DNA of 64,000 nucleotides from Candidatus Pacearchaeota archaeon (GTDB lineage Archaea; Nanobdellota; Nanobdellia; UBA10117; JAFCGA01): NCBI GenBank assembly GCA_017608345.1, contig JAFCGA010000004.1, positions 57 to 64,056 of the forward strand, read 5' to 3'. Shown piece by piece: positions 1 to 15,000 of this stretch (position 1 is its first letter; each line of letters starts with the position of its first letter). The notes under the pieces were generated by a model. It saw only the letters and a program-made list of their open reading frames with translations, ran no database searches and was not told where the DNA came from. The position numbers and the translations under genes were made by a program.

Positions 1-2
1 TT

Positions 3-3000
3 TCTCTTAGTGTTAGGGGCGGGGAAATTAGATATGGAAGAGATGTCGCGGGAGGAGTTACTAATCGACAATGCTATTCTGAAGTTGGCGCAAATGATAG
101 TGCATGGCATTTTGTTTCATGGTCTTCAGATGGTACAAAGAATTACTTCAGTTTCGACGGAAGCATAATCACTGACGGAGATATAACTTGCAGCTCAGGT
201 ACAATGGATGGTCTATGGTTCAACGATCAAGCAACCGATACTAATTCGATTGGTGTCTTAGATAGACTCGCAGATGGGGGCTATTTCAACGGTACAATTG
301 ATGAGTTTACTATGTATGATCGAAATCTTTCAGCAGCAGAAATCCATCAACTCTACCTCGGAGGCAGAGACGGCGGCAACATAAGGAACTCTTCCTCGAC
401 TGCTGTTGGGGAGAATTATACTTGCGAAGTTAGACCGTTGGATTATGAAGATTGGGGAATTGCTAAGAACTCAACAAATCTAACTGTGTTAAACACACCG
501 CCGATAACAATAGATGCAAATGTATCTCCGTTCTCTCCAAATGCTAGCGTTGAGCTATTAGGTTATTGTAATTCCTCAGATGAGGACAACGATACGATTA
601 ACTTCTATTACAAATGGTTCCGAGACGGAGTCTTTAACTTGAGTGGGTATAACGGAGGAGCATTTACGCAAGGAATAGAAGTTAATGTTCACAATTTATC
701 AGCAGGAAATACTTCGAAAGGACAGAATTGGACCTTTTCTTGTCTAGCTAACGATGGTACGGTTAATGCTTCTTCTTGGCAGAATGGTTCAGTGGTGATT
801 CAGAGTACGGCTCCAACTCATTTGAACCCAATCTTAAATGCAACTTCCGTTAATAATTACACAACGGATAATCTGACTTGCTATAATCAAAGTACTGCGG
901 ATATAGATTCAGACTACGTTGTCAATAAATACTCTTGGTATAAGAACGGAGCTTTGAACGCTACAACTGTGTTCTTGAATGCTAGCACTGTGTTGTATAT
1001 GCCTTTTGAGCCGAACTTTACAGCTAGCGATAATTCGACTGCGGGAGTCTTAGATTATGCTAGCACTAATAATGGTCGCTTGGGTAATTCTACTGCTGGG
1101 ACTCAGCCTAATTGGATTACAAGTGGAAAGATCGGTGGAGCTTATGAGTTCGATGGAGTTGATGATTATATTGATACTGGGTTCACATTACCTTCTGGCA
1201 GTTCTTTAATGAAAAGTTACGAATTTAGTGTAGCTGCCTGGGTTAAAGTTCCTTCAACTTCTGTCGCGGCAGATAATAGCATCGTAATACGCGCAGACAC
1301 AGCCGGTGGCACGTGTGGTGACTGGAATTTAAGATTAGGTACGACTGGAGATTGGGAGTTTTGGGTTCTGCAGACAGATAATGGTTGGGTGGATGGAACT
1401 GATGTTGCTACAGCAAATTACGCTGCTACAGCTAATGAATGGGTTCATCTAGTAGGTGTATGGAATGGCACGGATAATCTTTATGTAAATGGAGTTCTAA
1501 GAGATAGTGCTTCAGCTACTGGAAACGAAGCTAATGAAGAAACTACGAATATAGAAATCGGTGCGTTTCAGCTCGGCGCTGCAGCAGGATTTCCCTTCAA
1601 CGGCTCAATCGATGAAGTCCAGATCTACAACAGAACACTTTCAGCAGCAGAAATCCACCAGCTCTACCTCGGAGGAAGAGACGGTGGCAACATAAGAGAT
1701 TCTTCCTCTACTGCGACTGGAGAGAATTATATCTGTGAAGTTCAGCCGTTAGACTATGAAGATCAAGGAACAGCAAAGAATTCCACAGCTCTGACAGTAC
1801 TAAACACACCGCCAATTACAATTGATGCAAACGTTTCGCCTTTGACTGTAACCACTTCAATTGATCTGCAAGGATATTGCAATGGAACCGATGTTGATAA
1901 TGCTACGATTAATTATTATTACCGATGGTACAAAGATGGAGCTTTGGACTTGAGTGGTTACAATGGTAACGGTTTTGCGCAAGCATCTGAAGTTAATATT
2001 CACAATCTCTCAGCAGGAAATACTTCAAGGGGGCAGAACTGGACCTTTTCTTGCTTGGCGTATGATGGCCTTTCTAATGCTACTTCGTGGAAGAATGGTT
2101 CTGTGGTGATATCTAATGCAGCTCCAACCCATTCTATGCCTTGGTTGGGAGCTCATGTTCCATTTGGGACTTCGGTAGCTTTGGATGATGGTATCGTTGG
2201 TTACTGGCAGTTTGAGTATGATAATGGAACTCATACGATGGATGAGACTGGGGTTAATAACGGTAGCTTGCAAGGACCAACTCTGAATGAGAGTGGGAGA
2301 GTTGGGAAGGCGTATAGCTTTGATGGTGGGGATTATATTAATACTACTAGTGGTCCAAGCGCAATATCTAGCGATATAACTCTTTCGGCATGGATTAAGA
2401 CAGGGAGCGATGCAACAAGCAGGGCTATCGTTGCATCAAGAGAAGGATCTGCTCCAAATCCCGGATGGGAATTTTTTGTACGTGCTTCAGGTAATGGAAA
2501 TGTGCTCTTATTTCAAAATGACAACGGAGGTTACAGAGTAGGGTCAACAAATGTAAGAGATAATGCTTGGCATCATGTAGTTGGCGTAAGAGACAATGGT
2601 GTTTTCCATGTTTATGTAGATGGAGCAAATGACGATGGTGCAAATACTAATGAAGGAACAGATATGAGCAGTTCAGAGAACACACTAATCGGATTGTCTG
2701 CTGCTAATGTTGGGTCTTATTTCAACGGCTCCATCGATGAAGTAACAATCTGGAACAGATCTCTCTCAGCAGCAGAAATCTCCGAAATCTACAACAAATC
2801 CAGAGGAACTTTCAATACTTACTCCAATGAAGATATTTCTTGCGCTGTTAATACTTCGTCTGACTCAGATGGAGATAATCTAACATATATTTACAATTGG
2901 TATAAGGATGATGCTCCGATGATGGCGCTGTATATGCCTTTTGATCATGATGATTCTGGCGGTGTGAATACTACTAAGGATTATTCTGGCTCTGAGAATC

Positions 3001-6000
3001 ATGGGCAATTGGGTAGTGGTGCTGATGGAGATGGGGCTGAGCCGGTTTGGAATTCAACAGGTTTCATTGGGGGAGCTTATGATTTTGATGGGGAGGATGA
3101 TTATATAACTCTACAAGATAGCAGTGATTGGGTTCTCAATAATAAATTCACCATCACAGCATGGGTGAAATTAGCAGGTATAAGCGAACTATACCCATTT
3201 AGCCAAAGACAAAACGATGATAATCGAATGTACTATCTCTTAAGAAATAGTAATAATATCTCGAGGCTGTTTGTAAAGAGCGGGGCTTCAGTCATAGTTA
3301 ATGTAGAACATCCAGTGCAATATATGCCAAATATATGGTACCATGTAGCCATAGTAGCTAATGGAACTAATTACTCTACTTTTAAAAATGGTATTCTTAT
3401 CAACGCTTCTGCGGAAGCAGATGGTGTACCGGACTTTAATGGTCAGGCATATATTGGTACTGATCAATTTAGCGGAGGTCCGAGTTATTCAAATGGCTCA
3501 ATAGATGATGTCCGAATCTACAACTATGCCTTATCAACTAACCAAATCAAAGCTCTCTACCTCAACAAAACCAACACGATCGTCTCAGCAGAAACCAATG
3601 TTGGTGAGAACTATACTTGTGAAGTCACACCTAACGATGCTACAGTAGATGGAACACTTCTTAATTCAAGTACTTTGATAATTTACAATGCTCCACCAAT
3701 AACAATTGATGCTAACGTTTCGCCATTAACTGTAACGACGTCTATTGACCTACAAGGTTATTGCAATGGAACTGATGTGGATAATGCTACAATCAATTAC
3801 TACTACAGATGGTATAAAGATGGAGCTTTGGACTTGAGTGGTTACAATGGTAACGGTTTCACTCAAGGAGTAGAAGTAAATGTTCATAATCTCTCAGCGG
3901 GGAATACTTCGAAAGGACAGAACTGGACCTTCTCCTGTTTGGCTTATGATGGCCTTTCTAATGCTACTTCATGGCAGAATGGTTCTGTGGTAATATCTAA
4001 CGCAGCTCCAACTCATTCGATTCCATGGTTGGGAGCGCATGTTCCTTACGGGACTTCGGTAGCTTTGGATGATGGTATTGTTGGTTACTGGCAGTTTGAG
4101 TATGATAATGGAACTCATACGATGGATGAGACTGGGTTGAATAACGGTACGTTAGTTGGTGTGAATCTTACTCATGAAGGAAAGGTCGGGAAGGCATATG
4201 AATTTGGAAATGGAACTTGGATTGATACCAATAGCAATGATTTAGGAATAAGCGATCCATCCGCAATAGCTATCTCGACATGGATCTATCCAATAGGGCA
4301 ATCCGAAAGTAGTCATATTGTAAATGATTATAATAGATCTTCGATTAGAGGATGGATATTGACATTAGAGACAGATAATAGACTACACGCAGTCAATATT
4401 AATGGTGCTGGAATAAGAAGAGATAGCTATGCTAATCCTCTCAGCTTAAACCAATGGCATCATATTGTCGCAGTAATTTATCCAAACACAACTTTCCCAG
4501 TTATATATTTAGACGGAAATATAAGTCATAATGCTACAGTTTCTGCTGGAGCGCCGGCGGCCTTATACCGCGGAGGCGGTAACGTAATAATCGGACGGCA
4601 GTCCGCATATAATCTTGGCAATGAAAGATACTTCAACGGCTCAATAGATGAAGTAACCATCTGGAACCGCTCGTTATCAGCAGCAGAGATCTCCGAAATC
4701 TACAACAAATCCAGAGGAACTTTCAATACTTACTCTAACGAAGATATTTCTTGCGCGGTTAATAATACCGCTGATGCTGACTGCTATGATGAAGAAACAG
4801 AAATATTAACTGAAAAGGGTTGGAAATATTTCAAAGATTTAACCAATGAGTCAGTTCTGACTCTAAATCCAGAGACACATGAGCAAGAATACCAAGAGCC
4901 GCTAGCATATCAAAATTACAATGTCCGAGGGGACATGTATAGAATAACAACAGAAAGGGGAGACTTGCTAGTCTCGCCTAAACATAAGGTTTATGCTAAG
5001 ATAGAATCACCGTCGGTAGGCGCTGTCGTGATGCTCGAAAGCCAAGAAAATGACGATTTTTCTAGCCTCATCGACTTCGTACTTAAGGACAAAACTCTTG
5101 CGAATATGGACTCTTCTCTCTCCCTTGAGCGAATACCTCAAGGATTTGTAGCGGAGCGGATTTTGAATAATCTCGCTCATCTTCCGCTTGAGAGCTTTTT
5201 CCAGGACGGGATTTCTACTACAAGCCTTATCAATCTCACGCTTACACTTCGGATGAATAACAGAAGTATAGCTCATTTCAACGACTCAAAGAATTCGTCT
5301 ACAGAATTAAACTTAATGAAAGGTCCTCTTTTCCTTTCCTCTATCTCCTTAGCAAATTCTTCCCGCTGTGGCAGCTCGTCCACCGGATGCCAGTCAATTT
5401 TCTCGCAGAACTTCCAAGCTTTATTTGATAGCTCTCCAGTTTTAATAAATTCGTCAAATATAGTTTTCTTTAATGCTTCTTCCCTACTTAATCTAGACCA
5501 ATTAACCCAAGAGAGTTCTCTAATCCAATGTTTAAGCTCTTCGGATATTGATAATACTACGTTTGCCATTTACAGCTTACCTTCCCGAACTAATTGTTCG
5601 AATTTCCGCAATTGCGCTACTTTCTTTTCTAAGACGCCCCTTAGGAATACGGGCCAATTAACTTCGGGACAGTTATCCATCCTTTCTTTTATTTCATCTG
5701 GAAAGGATAATGTCAGTGTAGTCATTTTACCTTTGGATTCTTTAGATACCATTTCACAGAATCCTGTGGATACACAGGATTATAAAGCTTCCGATTACGA
5801 GCTCGTCAATATCGTAGATATTTATGAGAATCCTAGCGAGAAGATATATTTCCTAGACGAAGCTGGGAATGAGATCTTCGTTGAGTCAATTACTAAAGAA
5901 TATTATTCAGGTAAAATATATGATGTTGACGTTGAGAATAATATTGTTCTAGTTAGACGCGGTGAATTAGTTACTTGGAGCGGTAACTCTGATAATCTAA

Positions 6001-9000
6001 CTTACATTTACAATTGGTACAAAGACGATGAGCCTTTGATGGCGCTGTATATGCCTTTTGATCATGATGATTCTGGCGGTGTGAATACTACTAAGGATTA
6101 TTCTGGCTCGGAGAATCATGGGCAGCTAGGTGGTGTAGCTGATGATGATGCTGGGGAGCCGACTTGGAATGCTACGGGTGGTTATTATGGTGGTGCTTAT
6201 GATTTTGATGGGGAGGATGATATTATTAATCGTTCTAGTTTTCCAGGAGCTACTTCTACTGCGATAACAGTAAGTGCATGGTTTTATCCAAAGCAGCATT
6301 CTGCTTCTCTTAATGGATATTTCCAATATGGAGTAGATCCTCCAGCAGGTCAGAATTATTTCAGAATTTATTCGCTCTCTTCTTTTTTAGCATTGCGTAC
6401 TAGAACTTCCGCCGCAGATTATCGCTATTATAATATTACAAACACTGCAGAGATTCCGACTAATAATTGGTATCATATAGTTACTGTCTGGGACGGAACA
6501 ACAAAGAACGTGTATATAAATGGAGTAAACCAAACACTTCAATTATTAAACCAGGGTGGTGCAGATACGGATTATACTAATATAAATAATAATCAAATCT
6601 TACGTATTGGAAATAGTTATTCCGCACCCGCAAATTATCCCTTCAACGGCACAATAGATGAAGTTAGAATCTACAACTATTCCTTATCAGCTAACCAAAT
6701 CAAAGCTCTCTACCTCAACAAAACCAACACAATCGTCTCAGAAGAAACCAATGTTGGTGAGAACTATACTTGCGAAGTCACGCCGAATGATGCTACAACT
6801 GATGGACCCTTGCTAAACTCTTCAACGCTGATAATCTACAACGCTCCACCAATAACAATCGATGCTAACGTATCCCCTCTAACTGTAACGACTGCTATTG
6901 ATTTGCAAGGATACTGTAATGGAACTGATGTAGATAATGCTACGATTAATTACTATTACAGATGGTACAAAGACGGAGCTCTAGACCTAAGTGGTTACAA
7001 TGGTAACGGCTTTACTCAAGGTGTTGAGGTTAATGTGCATAATCTCTCAGCGGGAAATACTTCGAAAGGTCAGAACTGGACCTTTTCTTGTCTAGCTAAT
7101 GATGGCCTTTCTAACGCAACGTCTTGGCAGAATGGCTCTGTTGTAATATCTAACGCAGCTCCAACGCATTCTCGGCCTTGGCTAGGTGCGCATGTTCCTT
7201 TCGGAACTTCTGTAGCTTTGGATGATGGAATCGTTGGTTACTGGCAGTTTGAGTATGATAATGGAACTCATACGATGGATGAGACGGGGGTTAATAATGG
7301 TAGCTTGCAAGGACCAACTCTTAATGAGAGTGGGAGAATTGGAAAAGACTATAGTTTTGATGGGAATGACTATATAAATACTGGAAATGACAACAGTATA
7401 AACCTAACTGGAGCATTAACGCTATCCGCATGGGTAAAATTAAACTCAAATGGAACAGTCCAGCGGTTTATTAGTAAGCCATCTCAAGGAACTTGGGGCG
7501 GAGACTTTGCTAGATACAGCTTATTGCTGCAGACGAACAATCCTCGCTTCTGGGTAGAGAGTAATTTTAACACAGTTCAATGTGTTGATTATGTATTTCC
7601 ACTAAATGAATGGGTACATCTAGCAGGTGTCTTTGATGGAACCACCGATGCAGGAAGCTTGAAGATATACGTAAATGGTATAGAAAACTGCACTGGAGCA
7701 TCAGCCACAGCAGCTGTAACTGCCAGCAGTCAGGACTTAATTATTGGTCAACGCCATGCAGCAGATGGTGGCGAGTATGTCGACGGCTCAATAGACGAAG
7801 TAACTATCTGGAACCGCTCCTTATCAGCAACAGAGATCTCCGAAATATACAACAAATCCAGAGGAACTTTCAATACTTACTCAAATGAAGATATTTCTTG
7901 CGCGGTTAATACTTCGTCTGACTCAGATGGGGATAATCTAACTTACATCTACAACTGGTACAAGGATGATGCTCCTTTGATGGCTTTGTATATGCCTTTT
8001 GATCATGATGATTCTGGCGGTGTGAATACAACTAAGGATTATTCTGGGTCTGAGAATCATGGGCAGCTAGGTGGTGTAGCTGATGGAGATGGGGCAGAGC
8101 CTACTTGGAACTCAACAGGATATGTTGGGGGAGCTTACGAGTTTGATGGTGTTGATGATTATATTAATATCTCAACTAGCACAAGTTTAAGCCCGGGAAC
8201 TAGCAACTTCTCAATCTCTGTATGGTTCCGAACTTCGCATCCAGATTACAGCGGTCAGGCGGGAGATATAATCAGAAACTACGGAAGCGATACAGATAAT
8301 TTGTATTCTCTTACAGTAAATACTGATAATAAAATGCTAGCAAGTTATCGGGATGGTGATGCAGATGATTTGATTATCTCTGCTCAAGGTTCAGCCGTCA
8401 ATGATGGAAAATGGCATCATTCTGTCTCAGTGAGGACTTCCTTAACTACTTCAGCACTATACTTAGATGGTGTTCAAATTGGAACCGACGCGGATGCAGC
8501 GATTGGTAATATCGATACAAGCAATGGTCGTGATTTATGTATCGGAACTTACTCTGATGCTGCGGGATGTACTAACTTAGAATTTAATGGCTCAATAGAT
8601 GACGTCCGTATCTACAACTACTCCTTATCAGCAAACCAAATCCAAGCTCTCTACCTCAACAAAACCAATACAATTGTTTCAGAAGAAACCACAGTTGGTG
8701 AGAACTACACCTGCGAGGTTACTCCAAATGATGCTACAACAGATGGAACTTTGCTGAACTCTTCTACTTTGATAATTTACAATGCTCCACCAATAACCAT
8801 CGATGCTAACGTTTCGCCATTAACTGTAACGACGTCTATTGACCTACAAGGTTATTGCAATGGAACCGATGTAGATAATGCTACAATTAATTATTACTAC
8901 AGATGGTACAAAGATGGAGCTTTAGATCTGAGCGGATATAATGGAGCTGGCTTTACTCAAGGAGTTGAAGTTAATGTTCACAACTTATCCGCTGGAAACA

Positions 9001-12000
9001 CTTCAAAAGGACAGAACTGGACCTTTTCTTGTCTAGCTTATGATGGCCTTTCTAATGCTACTTCCTGGCAGAATGGATCTGTTGTGATTGCTAATGCTGC
9101 TCCAACGCATTCAGTTCCGTGGTTGGGAGCGCATGTTCCTTATGCAACTTCGGTAGCTTTGGATGATGGAATTGTTGGTTACTGGCAATTTGAGTATGAT
9201 AATGGAACTCATACGATAGATGAGACTGGGGTGAATAACGGTACGCTATATGGACCGACTCTTAATGAAAGTGGGAGAGTTGGTAAGGCTTATTCGTTTA
9301 ATGGTAGTGGCGATTATATTGAAATACAGTACAACGCAGCTTTAGATGTTACAAATGGAGACTATAGTTTTGCTCTTTGGATGAAATGTAATAGAATAAG
9401 TATAAATGATATGGCTATTGATTTTGATGATCCTGGAGACGATGATGAAGTTTGGGTGGATTGTTCTAGAGCAAGAAGTTACGATGGTGTTTATTCTGAT
9501 GCACTAGACTTCGCTGCTACAAAGAATTGGACGCATATTGTTGTTACAAAAACAGGTACAACTGCAAGAATATACCAAGATAGTGTTTTAGCAGATACTG
9601 TAGGGAATTGGAAATCATTTGCGGGCGCAGAGCTTAATCTCGGTTATAGGGAAAGAACTGCTGATGGCTTCTTTAATGGCTCAATAGATGAAGTAACCAT
9701 CTGGAACCGCTCTTTATCGGCAGCAGAGATCTCCGAAATCTACAACAAGTCTAGAGGAACTTTCAATACTTACTCAAACGAAGATATCTCTTGCGCGGTT
9801 AATACTTCGTCTGACTCTGATGGGGATAATCTAACTTATATTTACAATTGGTATAAGGATGATGCTCCGTTGATGGCGCTGTATATGCCTTTTGATCATG
9901 ATGACTCTGGCGGTGTGAATACTACTAAGGATTATTCTGGCTCTGGGAATGAGGGGCAATTAGGAGCAGGAGCTGATGGAGATGCTGGGGAGCCGACTTG
10001 GACTTCGGAGGGATATTATAGTGGCGCCTATAGCTTTGATGGTACTGACGATTATATTACTGCGGGGAATGATGCGAAGCTACAACTTACTGGTGCACTT
10101 ACTATATCTTTTTGGATCAATCCAGACAACAATAATGCATTTTGCCCAACAGATCCATACTGCGGATTAATCGATAAAGGCGGATATACTAGTACACAGG
10201 GAGGCTGGGGTTTTTATGGTGATGATTCTGCGGATGGCAGTCTAGCTTTTTATGTTGATTCGGATCTTGCTGGAGGCGGTACTTCCGGAGTTTGGGCCAA
10301 TACAACTACTTGGACAGCAGGACAATGGTATCATATTGTTGCAACTTTTGACGGTACGGTGGGCGCAGATAGTTTGAAAATATATCTAAATGGAACATTA
10401 GACAATTCATCTGCTTCAGCAACCGCTACAACCCTGGGAGGACCGAATCTTGACTTAGAGATCGGGAGAACTAGTGAGCTTGCTGGTCATAATTTTGATG
10501 GCACAATAGATGACGTAAGAATCTACAATTATTCTCTATCAGCAAATCAAATCAAAGCTCTCTACCTCAACAAAACCAACACTATTGTCTCAGAAGAAAC
10601 AACAGTAGGCGAGAACTATACTTGCGAAGTCACTCCGAATGATGCTACAACCGATGGAACCTTGCTAAATTCTTCAACTTTGATAATTTACAATGCTCCG
10701 CCAATAACGATTGATGCTAACGTATCTCCTTTGACTGTAACCACTTCTATTGATCTGCAAGGTTATTGCAATGGAACTGATGTAGATAATGCTACAATTA
10801 ATTACTATTACCGATGGTACAAGGATGGCGCTTTAGATCTAAGTGGTTACAATGGTAACGGTTTCACGCAAGGCTCTGAAGTAAATGTTCATAATCTCTC
10901 AGCTGGAAATACTTCGAAGGGTCAGAATTGGACCTTCTCTTGTTTAGCTTATGATGGCCTTTCTAATGCTACTTCGTGGAAGAATGGATCTGTGGTGATA
11001 GCTAATGCAGCTCCAACGCATTCAGTTCCGTGGTTGGGAGCTCATGTTCCTTATGCAACTTCGGTAGCGTTGGATGATGGAATAGTTGGTTACTGGCAGT
11101 TTGAGTATGATAATGGAACTCATACGATGGATGAGACTGGTTTGAATAACGGGAGTTTGAATAGCGGAGTTACTTTAAGTGAGGAAGGAAGAATTGGAAA
11201 AGACTACAATTTTGATGGTGTTAATGATTATATTTCCGTTGGAACTCCAACGAGTTATACAACTTTCTCTGTTTCTGCATGGGTAAAACCGACATTAAAC
11301 GGCGTGGCTGAACAAGCAATATTCGGCGGAGATACAGCAAATGGAAAATACCAGCCAATAGTATTGGTCAACTCTACCGGTTATCCGCGTGCAGCTGCAC
11401 ATCAAGCCAATAGCTATACTCTCAGTAACACTTCGATTGACGCAAATTCATGGGGTTATATAGTTTATGTTGTTAATGACAAGAATAATAAGATTTATCT
11501 TGACGGCATACTAATTGCCGAAAGTACTGAAGCTAATAGTCCTGGTGCTTGGGATCCAGTACACTATATTGGAAAGAGAGATAATGAGTGGTACTTCAAC
11601 GGCTCTCTCGATGAAGTCACTATCTGGAACCGCTCCTTATCAGCAACAGAAATCTCCGAAATATATAACAAATCCAGAGGAACTTTCAATACTTACTCAA
11701 ATGAAGATATTTCTTGCGCGGTTAATACTTCGTCTGACTCAGATGGGGATAATGTAACTTACATTTACAATTGGTACAAGGATGATGAGCCTTTGATGGC
11801 GCTGTATATGCCTTTTGATCATGATGATTCTGGTGGTGTGAATACTACTAAGGATTATTCTGGCTCGGGGAATAATGGGCAGCTAGGAAGTTCTGCGGAG
11901 GGAGATGGGGCTGAGCCGACTTGGAATTCTAGTTGCGTACTTGGAGGTTGTTATAATTTCGATAATAGCTCGACAGAATATATTGATTTAGCTGATGATA

Positions 12001-15000
12001 CGTTCAAGTATCAAAGCTTTTCAGTAGCTGCGTGGGTTAAGGTGGGGAAGAGTACTACTTATCCTTCGATTTTCTCTGTTGCAAATACAAATATGTATTG
12101 TGGTTACGCAGTAGGTTTCATCGGTCCTGAGAATCGCATACAGTTCATAACCGTAGAAAACAACGGCGGTGTGCGAGATAAAACCAATTCGAGCGCGGTT
12201 AATTTAGATCAATGGTATCACGTAGCCGCAATCAGAAACGGGACTACTGGCATGAAATTATACATTAATGGGACTGAAGTTGATGAGGACACTGCGCTAG
12301 GAACTATCTTATATGCTGGCTGCATCGGAGGCGATACATTTTATCCATTCATAGGCAGAGTAGGTACTGCTGCGAATCAAAGATACTTCAATGGTTCTAT
12401 TGATGATTTACGAGTGTATGAATACGCCTTATCCGCTGCGCAAATAGAAGCTTTATACTTAAACAAAACCAACACAATAGTTTCTCAAGAAACCAATGTC
12501 GGTGAGAACTACACCTGTGAAGTCACTCCTAATGATGCTACAACAGATGGAACTTTGCTAAACTCTTCGACTTTGATAATTTACAATGCTCCGCCAGTAA
12601 CAATCGATGCTAATGTATCTCCGCTAACTGTAACGACCGCTATTGATTTGATGGGTTATTGCAATGGAACTGATGTTGATAACGCTACAATTAATTATTA
12701 TTACAGATGGTACAAGGATGGAGCTTTAGATCTGAGTGGCTACAACGGTGCTGGCTTTACACAAGGAGTAGAGGTTAATGTTCATAATCTCTCGGCGGGA
12801 AATACTTCAAAAGGACAGAACTGGACTTTCTCTTGCTTGGCTAACGATGGCCTTTCTAACGCTACTTCGTGGCAGAATGGTTCTGTAGTGATTGCTAATG
12901 CAGCTCCAACTCACTCAGTTCCGTGGTTGGGAGCGCATGTTCCTTATGCAACTTCGGTAGCTTTAGATGATGGTATCGTTGGTTACTGGCAGTTTGAGTA
13001 TGATAATGGAACTCATACGATGGATGAGACTGGAAACTACAACGGAACACTATATGGACCTGCATTTAACGAAAGTGGAAGGGTCGGTAAAGCGTACACT
13101 TTCTTAGAACCGAATTACATAGATGCCGGAACTAGTTCTAAGCTAAGACCAAATACAATTACAGGAATGGCTTGGATAAAGACGAGTGATGCTACAGCAA
13201 CAATATTCTCTAAATTCCCAACAGCTGCGGGAACAAATGGATATATGCTCACATTAGGATCCCAAGGAAATTTAACTGTTAGAATTGGCGGATTAGCTGA
13301 ACTGCAAGTAATAGGATTAACCTTAGTAAATGATAGCAAATGGCATTTAGTAGCGTTCACAAGAGATTCTTCAAATGATATTTCGCTGTATGTTGATGGC
13401 GCACTAGACAAGACCGGCAACATAGCAACTGCATTCAATACGGATGTGTCCTTCAAGATTGGTAAATATATCTGGACTGGCACGGATTATTGGGAGTTCA
13501 ACGGCTCAATAGATGAAGTAACCATCTGGAACCGCTCCTTATCAGCAGCAGAGATCTCCGAGATATACAACAAATCCAGAGGAACTTTCAATACGTATAC
13601 TAACGAAGACATTTCTTGCGCGGTTAATACTTCGTCTGACTCAGATGGGGATAATCTAACTTATATTTACAATTGGTATAAGGATGATGAGCCTTTGATG
13701 GCTCTGTATATGCCTTTTGATCATGATAATTCTGGCGGAGTCAATACGACTAAGGATTATTCTGGCTTTGGAAATAATGGGCAGTTGGGAGCTGCTGCAG
13801 ATGGAGATGGGGCCGAGCCAGTTTGGAACTCAACAGGGTTTATTGGGGGAGCTTATGAGTTTGATGGGGATGATGATTATATCGATATAGGCAATGTTTA
13901 TGATGCAGATCAATCTGCGATTACTTGGGCTTTATGGTTCAAAGCAGATATTACAATTAATGATAATGGAATACTGGGGCGAGGTGGCGCAGTTAGTTAT
14001 CCGAGTATCAAAGTTCAAAACAATAAAATCTATTCGGGCATTAGAATCGGTGGTGTTAATTACAATAATTGGACATCATTTACGGATACGACAAATTGGC
14101 ATCACGTAGCGATGACTTATGATGATGCAGATGATATTGTAAGACATTACCTTGATGGAATAGAGACGAATATAACACCTACTGCTGGCGGTGTTGCAGA
14201 GATGAATTTTGATTTATACATCGGAAGATATCATAGCGCTCCTTTTGTATTCAACGGCTCAATAGATGATGTAAGGCTCTACAACTACTCTCTTTCAGCA
14301 AATCAAATCAAAGCTCTCTACCTCAACAAAACCAACACAATCGTCTCCGAAGAGACTTCAGTAGGTGAGAACTACACTTGTGAAGTCACACCGAACGATG
14401 CCACAGTAGATGGAACCTTGCTAAACTCGTCCACATTAATAATCTACAATGCTCCACCAATAACAATTGATGCTAACGTATCTCCGCTAACTGTAACGAC
14501 TGCTATTGATTTGCAAGGCTATTGCAATGGAACCGACGTGGACAATTCTACAATTAACTATTATTACAGATGGTACAAAGACGGAGCTTTGGATCTAAGT
14601 GGCTACAATGGTGCTGGCTTTACGCAAGGTGTTGAGGTAAATGTGCATAATTTATCAGCTGGAAATACTTCAAAAGGTCAGAATTGGACTTTCTCTTGTC
14701 TAGCTAATGATGGCCTTTCTAATGCTACTTCGTGGAAGAATGGTTCTGTGGTGATCTCTAACGCAGCTCCGACTCATTCAGTTCCGTGGTTGGGAGCGCA
14801 TGTTCCATTCGGAACTTCGGTAGCTTTGGATGATGGGCTCGTTGGTTACTGGCAGTTTGAGTATGATAATGGAACTCATACGATGGATGAGACTGGAATT
14901 AACAATGGCTCGCTTAACGGACCGATTCTTAATGAGAGTGGGAGAGTTGGTAAGGCTTATTCGTTTGATGGGGTTAATGATTATATTAATGCAGGAGCTA

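Larger units (their letters stand above)
4782..5987 (+). mobile_element. Intein, 402 aa, with Hint splicing blocks A, B, F and G and no homing-endonuclease motifs, inserted in-frame in scaffold-B copy 2 of the giant gene
   Basis: The N-extein ...SCAVNNTADAD and C-extein SDNLTYIYNWYKDD rejoin to the same 17-aa length as the intact repeat consensus AVNTSSDSDGDNLTYIY. The insert starts with Cys (CYDEETEILTEKGWKYFKDL, block A), has block B (GDLLVSPKHKVY), block F (KIYDVDVENNIVLV) and block G (RGELVTWSGN), ends in Asn, and is followed by Ser (+1). The central 245 aa are Ser/Leu/Asn-rich filler with no LAGLIDADG or HNH motif. Confidence 0.7.

Noticed and set aside
4782-5987. A homing endonuclease domain in the intein
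   Set aside because: The sense-frame central region has no LAGLIDADG, HNH, GIY-YIG or His-Cys box motifs and is Ser-rich filler, so this is called a mini-intein without a homing endonuclease.
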